A stretch of 64,000 bases of DNA from Euryarchaeota archaeon UBA103 (lineage in GTDB: Archaea > Thermoplasmatota > Poseidoniia > Poseidoniales > Thalassarchaeaceae). The DNA lies in contig DAYH01000031.1 of NCBI GenBank assembly GCA_002506825.1, positions 84,049-148,048 of the forward strand, read 5' to 3'. Made by a program: the position numbers and the translations under genes. The notes under the pieces are model-generated. The model did no database searches and was not told where the DNA came from. It was given only the letters and a program-made list of their open reading frames with translations. Every line of letters starts with the position of its first letter. Position 1 is the stretch's first letter. Shown here piece after piece: positions 1 through 9,618 of this stretch.

Positions 1-15
1 ATCTATCTTAGTCAT

Positions 16-1518
16 CTAAACACCACTTGGAGACACCCATGTGCCAAACGAATCACTCAATACTTGATTTATCTCTCCCACAGTACAATAGGATTTGACA
101 GAATCAATGATAAAATCCATCAGATTATCATCGGTTTGACAGGCCTTTCTGAGTTTATCAAGGGATATTTTGACCATGTCTTCATCCCTTTCTAATCTCA
201 TCTTAGATAGGGACAATACTTGATTCTTGGCCAGTAATGGATCTAGTATTTGTCCTTCGATAGGGTCTTCCTCTTGCTGATTAACATTAACACCAATCAC
301 CCTCATAGAGCCATCCTCTATTGAGTTTAGATGCTTCCATGCACTTTCATGTATCATCCTCTGCTGTACTCCTGATCTTATGCATGATAGGGCTCCTCCC
401 TTGGACTCTATAGAATCGATTAATTCTAAGGATTTTTTAATGATTTCAGAAGTCATCTCCTCAATAACATATGAACCAGCAAGAGGGTCAATATGATCTG
501 TAATTCCAGTCTCCGATGCTAAAATTTGTTGCGTCCTTAAAGCAATTGTTACTGCTTCATCAGTTGGCAGACCTATGGCTTCGTCGTAGCTATTTGTATG
601 GAGGGATTGTGTACCGCCCAATACTGACGATAGTGCTTGGTACGATACTCTGACTATATTGTTGAACGGTTGCTGCGCAGTTAGGCTGGCTCCTGCTGTT
701 TGAGTATGGAATCTAAGCATTGCTGATTTAGGATTTTTTGGATTAAACCTAGTAGTCATGAGCTCGTACCAAATCTTTCTAGCTGCCCTGAATTTAGAAA
801 CTTCTTCTAGAATGTTATTCTGACAGGCGAAAAAGAATGAAATCCTGGGAGCGAAGTCATCTACAGACATACCCGCTTCTATAGCAGATCTTACGTATTC
901 AATGCCGTTTAGTATAGTTAGGGCTACTTCCTCTACTGCTGTACATCCCGCTTCTCTCATGTGGTATCCACTGACTGAAACAGTATTCCATGAAGGTGCA
1001 TTTATCGAGCACCATTTCATCAAATCAGATGTTAACCTCATTGATGCCTCGGGAGGATAGATGTACAACCCTCTGGCGATATATTCTTTCAGAATATCAT
1101 TTTGAACTGTGCCTCGGAGCTCTGTCCTATCAACACCCTGTTCATCGGCAATAGCCACATAAAGGGCCAATAAGGTAGTGGCTGGTGCATTGATGGTCAT
1201 TGATGTAGATACATTTGAAAGATCAATACCATCGAATAATATTCTCATATCGGAAATAGAGTCAATTGGCACACCTACCTTTCCGACCTCACCTAGGGAT
1301 CTTGGGTGATCTGAATCAAGTCCAAGTTGAGTCGGTAGATCGAAGGCTACGGATAGCCCGGTTTGGCCTTGCTCAAGTAGTAATCTGAATCTATCATTTG
1401 TATGTTTAGCAGTAGAAAAACCCGCATACTGCCTCATAGTCCAGAGTCTTGATTTGTACATATTGGGATATATGCCCCTAGTATAAGGCGGCTTACCAGG
1501 TTCTGATTCATCATTCAT
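16..1518 (-). CDS. Methylmalonyl-CoA mutase, large (substrate-binding) subunit
   Basis: Motifs PYTRG, WTMRQYAGF, GLSVAFDLPTQ, QNDILKEY, SGYHMREAG and QSLHTNSYDEA. No C-terminal B12-binding domain (split archaeal type). Start placed at ATG 1518; the ORF is open to 1554. Confidence 0.93.
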   Translation of the reverse strand: MNDESEPGKPPYTRGIYPNMYKSRLWTMRQYAGFSTAKHTNDRFRLLLEQGQTGLSVAFDLPTQLGLDSDHPRSLGEVGKVGVPIDSISDMRILFDGIDLSNVSTSMTINAPATTLLALYVAIADEQGVDRTELRGTVQNDILKEYIARGLYIYPPEASMRLTSDLMKWCSINAPSWNTVSVSGYHMREAGCTAVEEVALTILNGIEYVRSAIEAGMSVDDFAPRISFFFACQNNILEEVSKFRAARKIWYELMTTRFNPKNPKSAMLRFHTQTAGASLTAQQPFNNIVRVSYQALSSVLGGTQSLHTNSYDEAIGLPTDEAVTIALRTQQILASETGITDHIDPLAGSYVIEEMTSEIIKKSLELIDSIESKGGALSCIRSGVQQRMIHESAWKHLNSIEDGSMRVIGVNVNQQEEDPIEGQILDPLLAKNQVLSLSKMRLERDEDMVKISLDKLRKACQTDDNLMDFIIDSVKSYCTVGEINQVLSDSFGTWVSPSGV

Positions 1519-1582
1519 TAGCAGTTCCCCGGATACAGGCCCAATACATTCCACTAAGGAGGGGGAAATGAATTATCCGTAT

Positions 1583-2323
1583 TCAACGTCTAACAGTATA
1601 TGAATCTACAATCTTACTTAGTGTCTCTAGTTGCCCTTCATCTATCACTCCCTCAGAGTGCTTAGAAATTAGGAATTCTTTAGCGTCTGTGACTGTTTGC
1701 CTCTCTCCCTTGGCCCATATAGTGCCCAATAAGCTAGAGCGGTGTTCCTCATCAACATTTAATTCCACTAAGAGTCTCCTAACTTCGTATTTATATTCCA
1801 TATGCCTACTTCTATCGAGTCTCCTCTTTCTTTCGGCGGGTTGGAAAGAGTTCTTTGTCTTCCTGCCCCTTCTCTTGGGAGTGGTAGTTACTGTTGGCTT
1901 ATCTTTAGCTACATCTGTTTTGGCCTTCTTAGCTAAAGATTCCATCGCTCTAGCACGACTCTTATCTATAATATCTTGAGCTCTTTGACTGGTGGCATTG
2001 TCTTTAGTTTCTGGATCTGAAGATTTGGTTTTACTCCTTAAACCAATAGTTTTCCTTGATTCTCCTAAAATATTACTTTGAGTTATATCTATGGATTTAT
2101 CTAATTCCTGATTTGTAATATCTTCTGAATCTTTATTCTTCGAAGTAGGATTAGTAGTGGTTTTTTTGGGTGACTGCTTAGATGGTAAAGGCTTGGCCGG
2201 AGGTTTCGCCATAGGCTTTTTACTATCCTTGGGAGGGATATTTTTGGAGGTTTTACTAGGGGCGGAAGGGGAACTGCTGAACACATCACGAGGTTTCGCC
2301 CTCGGCTTTCTCCTTCTCTGCAC
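1583..2323 (-). CDS. Hypothetical protein: long Lys/Pro/Ser-rich disordered N-terminus plus ~75 aa helical C-terminal domain
   Basis: 246 aa ORF co-oriented between kae1 and the mutase; fills the gap with no better alternative frame. Confidence 0.75.
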   Translation of the reverse strand: MQRRRKPRAKPRDVFSSSPSAPSKTSKNIPPKDSKKPMAKPPAKPLPSKQSPKKTTTNPTSKNKDSEDITNQELDKSIDITQSNILGESRKTIGLRSKTKSSDPETKDNATSQRAQDIIDKSRARAMESLAKKAKTDVAKDKPTVTTTPKRRGRKTKNSFQPAERKRRLDRSRHMEYKYEVRRLLVELNVDEEHRSSLLGTIWAKGERQTVTDAKEFLISKHSEGVIDEGQLETLSKIVDSYTVRR

Positions 2324-2375
2324 TACACTATCTCCATACTTCCGCTATGAGGGGCTCTCATAAGACTTGGTGCGC

Positions 2376-3380
2376 TTAGGTCCATGCAATAGTGGAAGAG
2401 TCAGTCCTCAATGTAGGGTCGATCGCACTATTGTCTAATTCGGTAGTTCTACCGGACTGGAATTCTCTTCTACCTAGTTCAGCAATCATAGTTCCATTAT
2501 CAATGCAATACTGTTTTTCCGGCCAGAATGACTGCCCTCCTCTTTCTTCGCACATTATAGAGCTCATCTCCCTTAGCCTTCCATTACACGCAACTCCTCC
2601 TCCTAGGAGTAGTTCTGACTTTCCGGTGTGAGCCATGGCCCTTTCAGCGACTTCTATGCAACTGGAGAATGCATGCTCTTGAAGAGAGTAACAGACCTGT
2701 TCCAATGGTAGCTTCTTGGAATGTAGGATAGCTGAGGTTAGTAAACCAGAAAAGGCCAAATCAGTTCCATGTACGCCATAAGGGAGTGCTAGCAACTCAG
2801 GATTATTTACAGAGCTTTCAATCCATTTTTTTGATAGCTTCTCCACCGCGGGCCCTCCTGGAAAGGGGATACCGTGGTTGCGTGCGAATTTATCCAACAT
2901 ATTTCCAATCCCTATATCTAGAGTCTCACCAATGACTCTGTACCTATCACCAGACCTCGCTATTACCTGTGTATTTCCGCCACTTGCATAAAGTAATACA
3001 GGATCTTCGCATCCAGTCTGATTTCTACCTACCTCAATATGAGCAACACAGTGATTGACGCCGATTAGAGGGGATTTCCAGTATGAGGAAAGAGACCTGG
3101 CCACTGAAGCTCCTATACGTAGACAGGGCCCAAGGCCTGGCCCCTGGCTAAACGAAACAGCAACGATATCGTCTTGATTGAAATCCTCTCTAGCCAATAA
3201 AGAAGATATTAGGGCAGGTGCAACAACAGAGTGGTGATCGGCGGCCTCCCTTGGGTGTATTCCACCCTCCTCTGGTTTGAATAGTGCGGATTCTGATGAG
3301 AATAATTTTCCTTCCTCATCTACGAAGCCTATAGATAGTGTATGAGCAGTGCTTTCAACACCAACAATTAGGCCTGTCAC
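2376..3380 (-). CDS. kae1: tRNA N6-adenosine threonylcarbamoyltransferase Kae1 (KEOPS)
   Basis: GVESTAHT, GGIHPREAADHH, GPGLGPCL, HCVAHIE, SGGNTQ, GGGVACN and DNGTMIA motifs; not fused to Bud32. Confidence 0.96.
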   Translation of the reverse strand: MTGLIVGVESTAHTLSIGFVDEEGKLFSSESALFKPEEGGIHPREAADHHSVVAPALISSLLAREDFNQDDIVAVSFSQGPGLGPCLRIGASVARSLSSYWKSPLIGVNHCVAHIEVGRNQTGCEDPVLLYASGGNTQVIARSGDRYRVIGETLDIGIGNMLDKFARNHGIPFPGGPAVEKLSKKWIESSVNNPELLALPYGVHGTDLAFSGLLTSAILHSKKLPLEQVCYSLQEHAFSSCIEVAERAMAHTGKSELLLGGGVACNGRLREMSSIMCEERGGQSFWPEKQYCIDNGTMIAELGRREFQSGRTTELDNSAIDPTLRTDSSTIAWT

Positions 3381-3429
3381 GTATCCGGGAGTAGGGTAGG
3401 GCTTTCAAGCATCACTACTGTGGAGAGTC

Positions 3430-4713
3430 GTGCGGACACTAGTGGTTAATGCTGGCGAAATCGCCCATATGTCTCATGGCGATATATCAAAACCGCTAAT
3501 AGGCGAAGATATGGGGGATAAAGATCTGAATATCTTCTCCAAAGGATTAGGAATCTTAATTGAAGGAGGGCTGATAACAAGTATTGCAGATTCAGAAGAG
3601 TTAGTTTCTGAGTACTTCCCATCATGGGACGGAGATAGTGAAAAATCAGTTAATAAGGACATCATAGACGCCAAGGGAGGGGCAATAATTCCTGGTTTTG
3701 TTGATTCACACACGCATCTTATTTGGAGTGGGGATAGGAGTAATGAAATGGCACTTAGGCAGAAGGGGCTCTCATACTCGGAAATTTCAAAATTAGGAGG
3801 AGGAATTTCGAAAACTGTTGAAAGTACTAGGAATTGCTCTATATCAGAATTAGTCAATCTCGGCCTAAGAAGAGTTACAATGGCACTAAAACTTGGTACA
3901 ACAACAATGGAAGCAAAAAGTGGATACGGGTTGAACGCTGAGTCTGAACTCGCATTACTAGAGGCTACTTCACAGGTAAATCAACGATCACTATGTGACA
4001 TACATGCAACGTGGTTGGGCGCACATGATATTCCAAAAGAAAAGTCGAAGGAAGATTATATTGATGAAATGATCAATTTACAATTACCAATGGTTGTAGA
4101 CCAGGGAATAGCAAAATGGGCAGATGTATTTTGTGAGCCTGGTTGGTTCACTACAGAAGAAACAATAGAAATTATTAGTGCTTCGAGAAAGATGGGATTA
4201 AGATCGAGGATTCATGTTGATGAGTTCGTAGATTCTGGGGGGCTTGGCGTAGCCGCAGAACTGGGCTCCATTAGCGCGGATCATGTAGCTAAGTCAAACG
4301 ATGAGTCGCGAGCAATTGCTAATGAGTCTGGAGTAATGCAGACATTTCTCCCGGGAACACAGTATGTGATGGGAATGACTGATTTTCCCCCAATAAAAAA
4401 ATGTTTAGATAATTCATGGGCATTTTCTATAGCAACTGACTTCAATCCTAATTGTAATTCTATATCCATGCCGTTTGTTGGTTCCCTCGCCACTCACAGA
4501 TGCGGCATAGATCCAATATCCGCATTAGCCGCCAGTACAAGGAATCCCTCTACAACAATAACAAATGGGGGAAGCACTAGATGTGGAATAATTTCAGAGA
4601 ACAACCCAGCTTCATTTAATATTCTAAATAATGGAAATGTAGAGTCGTGGTGTCAATCACCAGGAATGAATCCCATATCCCAAACAATTGCTAATGGGCT
4701 TATTGTAAAATAG
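3430..4713 (+). CDS. hutI: Imidazolonepropionase
   Basis: Amidohydrolase PGFVDSHTH, EAKSGYGL, DVFCE, HVDEF and ATDFNP motifs; other hut genes nearby. Confidence 0.92.
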   Translation: MRTLVVNAGEIAHMSHGDISKPLIGEDMGDKDLNIFSKGLGILIEGGLITSIADSEELVSEYFPSWDGDSEKSVNKDIIDAKGGAIIPGFVDSHTHLIWSGDRSNEMALRQKGLSYSEISKLGGGISKTVESTRNCSISELVNLGLRRVTMALKLGTTTMEAKSGYGLNAESELALLEATSQVNQRSLCDIHATWLGAHDIPKEKSKEDYIDEMINLQLPMVVDQGIAKWADVFCEPGWFTTEETIEIISASRKMGLRSRIHVDEFVDSGGLGVAAELGSISADHVAKSNDESRAIANESGVMQTFLPGTQYVMGMTDFPPIKKCLDNSWAFSIATDFNPNCNSISMPFVGSLATHRCGIDPISALAASTRNPSTTITNGGSTRCGIISENNPASFNILNNGNVESWCQSPGMNPISQTIANGLIVK

Positions 4714-5021
4714 TTTAAATAACTATGAAGTTACTAATCATTTATAATAAATTTAAGTTTATTTGCATAATTTTACAATAGAGGAATTTGAGATTTTTAT
4801 TTTAACAATTATTTATTGGAGCATGAGAAGATGTTTTTTTCTTGATCTTAGAAATATCATAGAAATATTAGCAACGCGTTTAACTGATAATCCGGGTTAT
4901 CAGAAAATAAATTTTCTAATTTAGATAGGGCATTAGCTCAGTACAACGTTTTTGCAAAAAATCATATATTTTGACCAAAACCCCCTTATCTGAAGTAACT
5001 TTAGTTGGGTGTAGTGACAGC
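4714..5021. other. Long AT-rich non-coding region
   Basis: Only ~300 bp intergenic stretch in the window; visibly much more AT-rich than the flanking genes and contains several short palindromes. Confidence 0.8.
4880..4907. other. Putative XerA recombination (dif) site
   Basis: TTAACTGATAA-TCCGGG-TTATCAGAAAA: 11 bp arms inverted at 9/11 positions (perfect inner 7 bp CTGATAA/TTATCAG), 6 bp spacer, ATAA-N6-TTAT core typical of dif sites. Confidence 0.65.
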
Positions 5022-5177
5022 ATGAGTAGGAAGGTCAGTGGTTTCTGTTTAACATGTAAAACATACGGGGAAATTGTTGATTGCCAACTTGATCTGATGA
5101 AAAATGGTCGTACTAGGGCTCACGGATTCTGTAGCCAGGAAGGGTGTACTGGAAAGATTTCTAAAATTGTGTCATAG
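5022..5177 (+). CDS. Small zinc-ribbon protein (DUF5679-like)
   Basis: 51 aa from ATG 5022: FCLTCK...MKNGR...GFCSQEGC..KISKI pattern, resembling DUF5679 (CxxC...MKNGR...C..C). Confidence 0.7.
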   Translation: MSRKVSGFCLTCKTYGEIVDCQLDLMKNGRTRAHGFCSQEGCTGKISKIVS

Positions 5178-5220
5178 TAATGGAATCATTCATTGGGTAG
5201 AACGCAGTCGCGTAATTACT

Positions 5221-5296
5221 GGGCTCGTGGTCTAGGGGTTATGACGTCGCCTTGACATGGCGAAGATCGCAGGTTCAATTCCTGCCGAGCCCACCA
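5221..5296 (+). tRNA. tRNA-Val(GAC)
   Basis: Acceptor stem GGGCTCG/CGAGCCC, anticodon arm TCGCC-TTGACAT-GGCGA, T-arm GCAGG-TTCAATT-CCTGC, discriminator A and encoded CCA; no intron. Confidence 0.97.
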
Positions 5297-5324
5297 GTAA
5301 CTTGGAATCTAGTATTGCGAGAAT

Positions 5325-6038
5325 TCAAGAATAGGTAACTCTGAGTTTACCAGCGCCCTTTGATTTGACATTCTCAATCGTGATATTTGGTATTTGTGAG
5401 ATATTACTAACATGTGTTCCCCCACACGGACACAGGTCTATATCCTCAATTTCTACTACCCTGAGTATATTTATCGACGATGGTATTCTATCCATGAAAT
5501 TTGTATGTCTCATATTCTCATGACTTAGAATTTCATCTCTAGACCACTCATGAATTAGGACATTCGCACCTGTATTCATTATATCATTAACTTGTGATGA
5601 GATTTCTTCGGGGTCAAAGAGATCTCTATCTGGAAACAATAGATCGATTCTAGTATTTTTTTCACTAATCTGATTTCCTACTGTTTCGGCTTTGTACATA
5701 TCATTAGCAATGGCAGAAAATACATGTTGAGCTGTGTGCATCATTGTGTTTCTATTCCTCCACAATGGATCTATCTGACAAATTATTTTGGTACCTTCTG
5801 TAAAGCTGTCTAGATTTTCTAATGGGTGTAGGATTTTCTCCCCTGGTTTGACTTCACTCATGTTAGAAATATTATTGTCACTGGATATTGAGCCCCTATC
5901 GCCGGGCTGTCCGCCCCCCCTCGGGTAGCAAAATGTTCTATCGAGGAAAATTCCGTCATCAACAATTTCTGTTATTGTGGCTTCGAAAGATGGAGGGTTG
6001 AGACCCGGGTGTTGGGTTAGATGTAATTTTTCTTGCAT
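5325..6038 (-). CDS. alaX: Alanyl-tRNA editing protein AlaX (AlaX-M type)
   Basis: YPRGGGQPGDRG, HTAQH and CPCGGTHV zinc-editing motifs; 237 aa. Confidence 0.92.
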   Translation of the reverse strand: MQEKLHLTQHPGLNPPSFEATITEIVDDGIFLDRTFCYPRGGGQPGDRGSISSDNNISNMSEVKPGEKILHPLENLDSFTEGTKIICQIDPLWRNRNTMMHTAQHVFSAIANDMYKAETVGNQISEKNTRIDLLFPDRDLFDPEEISSQVNDIMNTGANVLIHEWSRDEILSHENMRHTNFMDRIPSSINILRVVEIEDIDLCPCGGTHVSNISQIPNITIENVKSKGAGKLRVTYS

Positions 6039-6042
6039 AAGA

Positions 6043-7593
6043 TCACATGAATATCCTAGTTAGATCTCCATTTAGCAATGATTCGGTTAGATTCTTAGTA
6101 TCCTCAGATAATGCCCTATCGCCCTCGAAAGGCATGACAATACCCCTAGACCATTCCAAAACTCTGGAGACGCCATCGCCCGGTTTTTCTTCGATTCTAT
6201 GTAGGGCTTCGGAGGCGCAGATAATCTCATTTGAGATTACATTGGCCAGTAATCTTGTTGCGATCATAGTTCTATGGGCACCGGTTGCACCCATTGATGC
6301 GTGATCTTCTTTACCCATGCTTACTGGGGTATTGGATGTGGTTGCTGAGTTTGATAGAAGATGTAGCTCTGCTAAAACTGCAGCCGAAGAATACTGAATT
6401 ATCATAAGTCCACTTTCGAGACCTTCGTCATTAGCTAGAAAGGCACTATGGCCACTCCATTTTGGATCTAAAATCTGATTTATTCTTCTCTCGGATATAC
6501 TAGCTAATTCATGACATGCTATGGATATTGAGTCACTGCTCAATGCTATGTATTGTCCATGGAAATTACCTCCTGAAATAACCTCAATTTTATCTCCTTC
6601 AATGAAGACCAGTGGGTTGTCCGTGGAGCTGTTTATCTCAATTTCCAAGATTCTTCTAGATTCCCTAAGCATGTCAATTACTGGCCCATGTACCTGAGGT
6701 GAACATCTTATGGAGTAAGCGTCCTGAACTTTGTCACAATCTACATGTGATAGTTTGATTTCAGAGTTATTTAGTAACGATGAAATTCTAGCAGCAGAGG
6801 TACTTTGCCCTGGGTGTGGCCTAGATGCGTGTATCCTTGGATCGAAGGGCTTGTGAGAGCCTTTGATGGCTTCTACAGTACATGCTGCGGATGCATCAGA
6901 AGCAAAACAAAGAATATCTAAATTGTATAATGCCTCACACATAAATGCACACATCTGACTAGTACCATTGATGAGTGAAAGTCCTTCTTTAGCTGCAGGA
7001 ACTATGGGTTCTATTCCATTTCTCTTTAGGGCTAAATCGGAAGAAGTCGTTTCCCAATTATTCAGGTCAATTCTGATATTGCAGTTTCCCTCTCCCATCA
7101 TACCCAGTGCCAAGTGGGAAAGAGGAGCTAGGTCTCCTGATGCTCCAAGTGAGCCTATTCTTGGTATTACAGGACATACTCCATTATTAATCATTGAAAT
7201 CAGTGTATCTACTAGTATGGGACGTGCTCCTGAATTGCCCCTACAAAGCGTATTTGCCCTAATCAACATCATCATCAATGTGTGCGAATTTTCCATAGGA
7301 TCTCCTATGCCACAGGCATGACTTCTAATTAGATTCGCTTGAAGCTGTTCCAATTTATCGGATTCAATGGAAACAGAAGAGAGGGCGCCGAATCCGGTAT
7401 TTATGCCATAAGTAACGGTTTTATTATTGAGTATCTCAGTAATTGCTTCTCTAGAAATAATCATTTTTTCTCTAGCTGACTGTGATAGAACAACCTTAGT
7501 TAGTCCCAAACCAGTATCTACAACATCACGAATATTGAGTGAGTTACCGTCTATCACAAGCTCTCTCATGGAATCCGGTAAGGGCAATAGCAA
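6043..7593 (-). CDS. hutH: Histidine ammonia-lyase
   Basis: YGINTGFG, GSLGASGDLAPL (ASG MIO motif), KEGLSLINGT, VQDAYSIRC and SGGNFHG; alternative ATG at 7569. Confidence 0.96.
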   Translation of the reverse strand: MLLPLPDSMRELVIDGNSLNIRDVVDTGLGLTKVVLSQSAREKMIISREAITEILNNKTVTYGINTGFGALSSVSIESDKLEQLQANLIRSHACGIGDPMENSHTLMMMLIRANTLCRGNSGARPILVDTLISMINNGVCPVIPRIGSLGASGDLAPLSHLALGMMGEGNCNIRIDLNNWETTSSDLALKRNGIEPIVPAAKEGLSLINGTSQMCAFMCEALYNLDILCFASDASAACTVEAIKGSHKPFDPRIHASRPHPGQSTSAARISSLLNNSEIKLSHVDCDKVQDAYSIRCSPQVHGPVIDMLRESRRILEIEINSSTDNPLVFIEGDKIEVISGGNFHGQYIALSSDSISIACHELASISERRINQILDPKWSGHSAFLANDEGLESGLMIIQYSSAAVLAELHLLSNSATTSNTPVSMGKEDHASMGATGAHRTMIATRLLANVISNEIICASEALHRIEEKPGDGVSRVLEWSRGIVMPFEGDRALSEDTKNLTESLLNGDLTRIFM

Positions 7594-7599
7594 ATAGAC

Positions 7600-9618
7600 T
7601 CATCGAGAATCAAAAAGCTCACTCAAAAGATTATCATCTACTATGTTTGGCATTGTGACAAGTAGATTGGGATCATTGTCCATAGCCCTATTTATTGTCC
7701 ACATTGCCTCGTCATTCCTAGCCCATGACCTTCTAGCAACGCCATTTTCAACATCCCATGGTATCATTGATTCAATTGCTTTACTTGATTTCTCAGAGCC
7801 ATCAATGAACAATCCAAATCCTCCATTAATCACCTCACCCCAACCAACTCCTCCACCGTTGTGAAGACTAACCCATGTAGCTCCCCTAAATGAGTCTCCT
7901 ACGAAGTTCTGAACCGCCATATCTGCTGTGAACATCGATCCGTCCCTGATGTTGGCAGTCTCCCTGTATGGGCTGTCTGTACCACTGACATCGTGATGGT
8001 CCCTACCTAGAACGATTGGTGCAGAAATACTCCCATTCCTTATGGCATCGTTGAATGCTAGAGCAATTGACTTTCTTCCGATAGAATCAGCATAAAGAAT
8101 CCTAGCTTTACTTCCTACAACCAAATCATTTTTTGACGCTTCTTCTATCCACCTAAGATTATCTGAGTATTGTTGCCTGATTCTTTCAGGAGCCTGCGCA
8201 TGGAGCTCAGAGAGGACATTGTAGGCGATTGAATCGGTTGTATCTAGATCTTTTTGAGAGCCTGAAGTACACACCCACCTGAATGGCCCAAATCCATAAT
8301 CGAAACACATGGGGCCCATTATATCTTCAACATATGATGGATACTTGAATTGTCCTTGATTATCTATGATATCTGCTCCAGACCTGCTAGCCTCCAGTAG
8401 GAACGCGTTTCCATAATCCCAGAACTTCATTCCCCTGGATGAAAGTGTGTTTATCATATCTGCATGTTTTCTGAGAGACTCCTTAACGTGATTCTTGAAT
8501 TCTTCAGGATCGTTAGAAAGTACGCTCTTTGCCTCGTCGTATGTTAATCCTGACGGGGTATAACCTCCGAGCCATGGATTGTGTAGGCTCGTCTGATCGC
8601 TACCAAGGTCAGGAGTTAGGTTATTTTCGATGAGTGCCTCTAGTAAATCTACAATATTTCCGACATATCCTATTGAAACTGCTTCACCATTGTTTACGGC
8701 TTCACGAGCTCGAAGAATGACGTTATGTAAATCGTAGTGTAGTTCCGACAGCCAACCCTGCTGGTGCCTCTTTACAGCTGCATGAGAATCTACTTCTGCA
8801 ATGATACAAACAGCTCCAGCTATAACTGCGGCTTTTGCCTGGGCACCAGACATCCCACCCAAACCTGAAGTGATAAAAAGAATACCAGAAAGATTTGAGT
8901 CATTATTTAGCTCAAGATATTTTCTCGCTGCATTTAGTAATGTGATTGTAGTTCCATGGACGATTCCTTGTGGGCCGATATACATGTATGAGCCTGCTGT
9001 CATTTGTCCAAATTGAGTTACTCCTAATGCATTCATCCTCTCATAATCTAATTGAGTGGAGTAATTCGGTATTACCAATCCATTGGATATGACAACTCTT
9101 GGAGAGTCAGGATTTGAGGGGAAGAGTCCGAGAGGATGCCCCGAATTGATTACTAGTGTCTGGTTCTCATTCATCTTAGAGAGTAGCTCCATAGCGATAA
9201 GGTACTGCGCCCAATTTTGGAAAACGGAACCATTGCCCCCATATGTAACGAGCTCATGTGGAAACTGGGCTATGGATGGATCCAGATTATTCTGGATCAT
9301 CAACATAACAGAAGCCGCAGAGAGACAATTAGAGGGATATTCATCGATGGGCCTTGCAAATATCTCATAGTCTGGTCTGAACCTGTGCATGTAGATATGT
9401 CCAAGTTCTTCTAGCTCTTGTAGAAACTCTGGGGCTAAAGTGCTATGCCACTCCGTAGGAAAGTATCTGAGTGAGTTTTGTATTGCTAGTATCTTCTCAG
9501 ATTCGCTAAGTACTTGCGGCCTTATTGGGGCATGAGGTACAGAATCATCTAATGATTTTGGAGAAGGTAGATCGTCTGGAATACCAGCTAATAGGCACTC
9601 TTTGAACGTTAATGCCAT
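7600..9618 (-). CDS. hutU: Urocanate hydratase (long ~670 aa type)
   Basis: ELVTYGG, GQMTAGSYMYIGPQGIVHGT, GLGGMSGAQ, SDQTSLHN, GRDHHD and LHNGGGVGWG motifs. Confidence 0.96.
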   Translation of the reverse strand: MALTFKECLLAGIPDDLPSPKSLDDSVPHAPIRPQVLSESEKILAIQNSLRYFPTEWHSTLAPEFLQELEELGHIYMHRFRPDYEIFARPIDEYPSNCLSAASVMLMIQNNLDPSIAQFPHELVTYGGNGSVFQNWAQYLIAMELLSKMNENQTLVINSGHPLGLFPSNPDSPRVVISNGLVIPNYSTQLDYERMNALGVTQFGQMTAGSYMYIGPQGIVHGTTITLLNAARKYLELNNDSNLSGILFITSGLGGMSGAQAKAAVIAGAVCIIAEVDSHAAVKRHQQGWLSELHYDLHNVILRAREAVNNGEAVSIGYVGNIVDLLEALIENNLTPDLGSDQTSLHNPWLGGYTPSGLTYDEAKSVLSNDPEEFKNHVKESLRKHADMINTLSSRGMKFWDYGNAFLLEASRSGADIIDNQGQFKYPSYVEDIMGPMCFDYGFGPFRWVCTSGSQKDLDTTDSIAYNVLSELHAQAPERIRQQYSDNLRWIEEASKNDLVVGSKARILYADSIGRKSIALAFNDAIRNGSISAPIVLGRDHHDVSGTDSPYRETANIRDGSMFTADMAVQNFVGDSFRGATWVSLHNGGGVGWGEVINGGFGLFIDGSEKSSKAIESMIPWDVENGVARRSWARNDEAMWTINRAMDNDPNLLVTMPNIVDDNLLSELFDSR

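Noticed and set aside
1-15. Start of a further minus-strand gene (ATG at 15, MTKID)
   Set aside because: Only five codons are inside the window, so it cannot be identified.
4714-5021. AT-rich region as a replication origin (oriC)
   Set aside because: No ORB-like repeats with G-strings and no adjacent cdc6/orc1 gene; the single 11-6-11 palindrome fits dif better.
5221-5296. tRNA-Val as the attachment site of an integrated element
   Set aside because: No integrase gene and no duplicated tRNA 3' end noticed in the window; flanking genes are metabolic or housekeeping.
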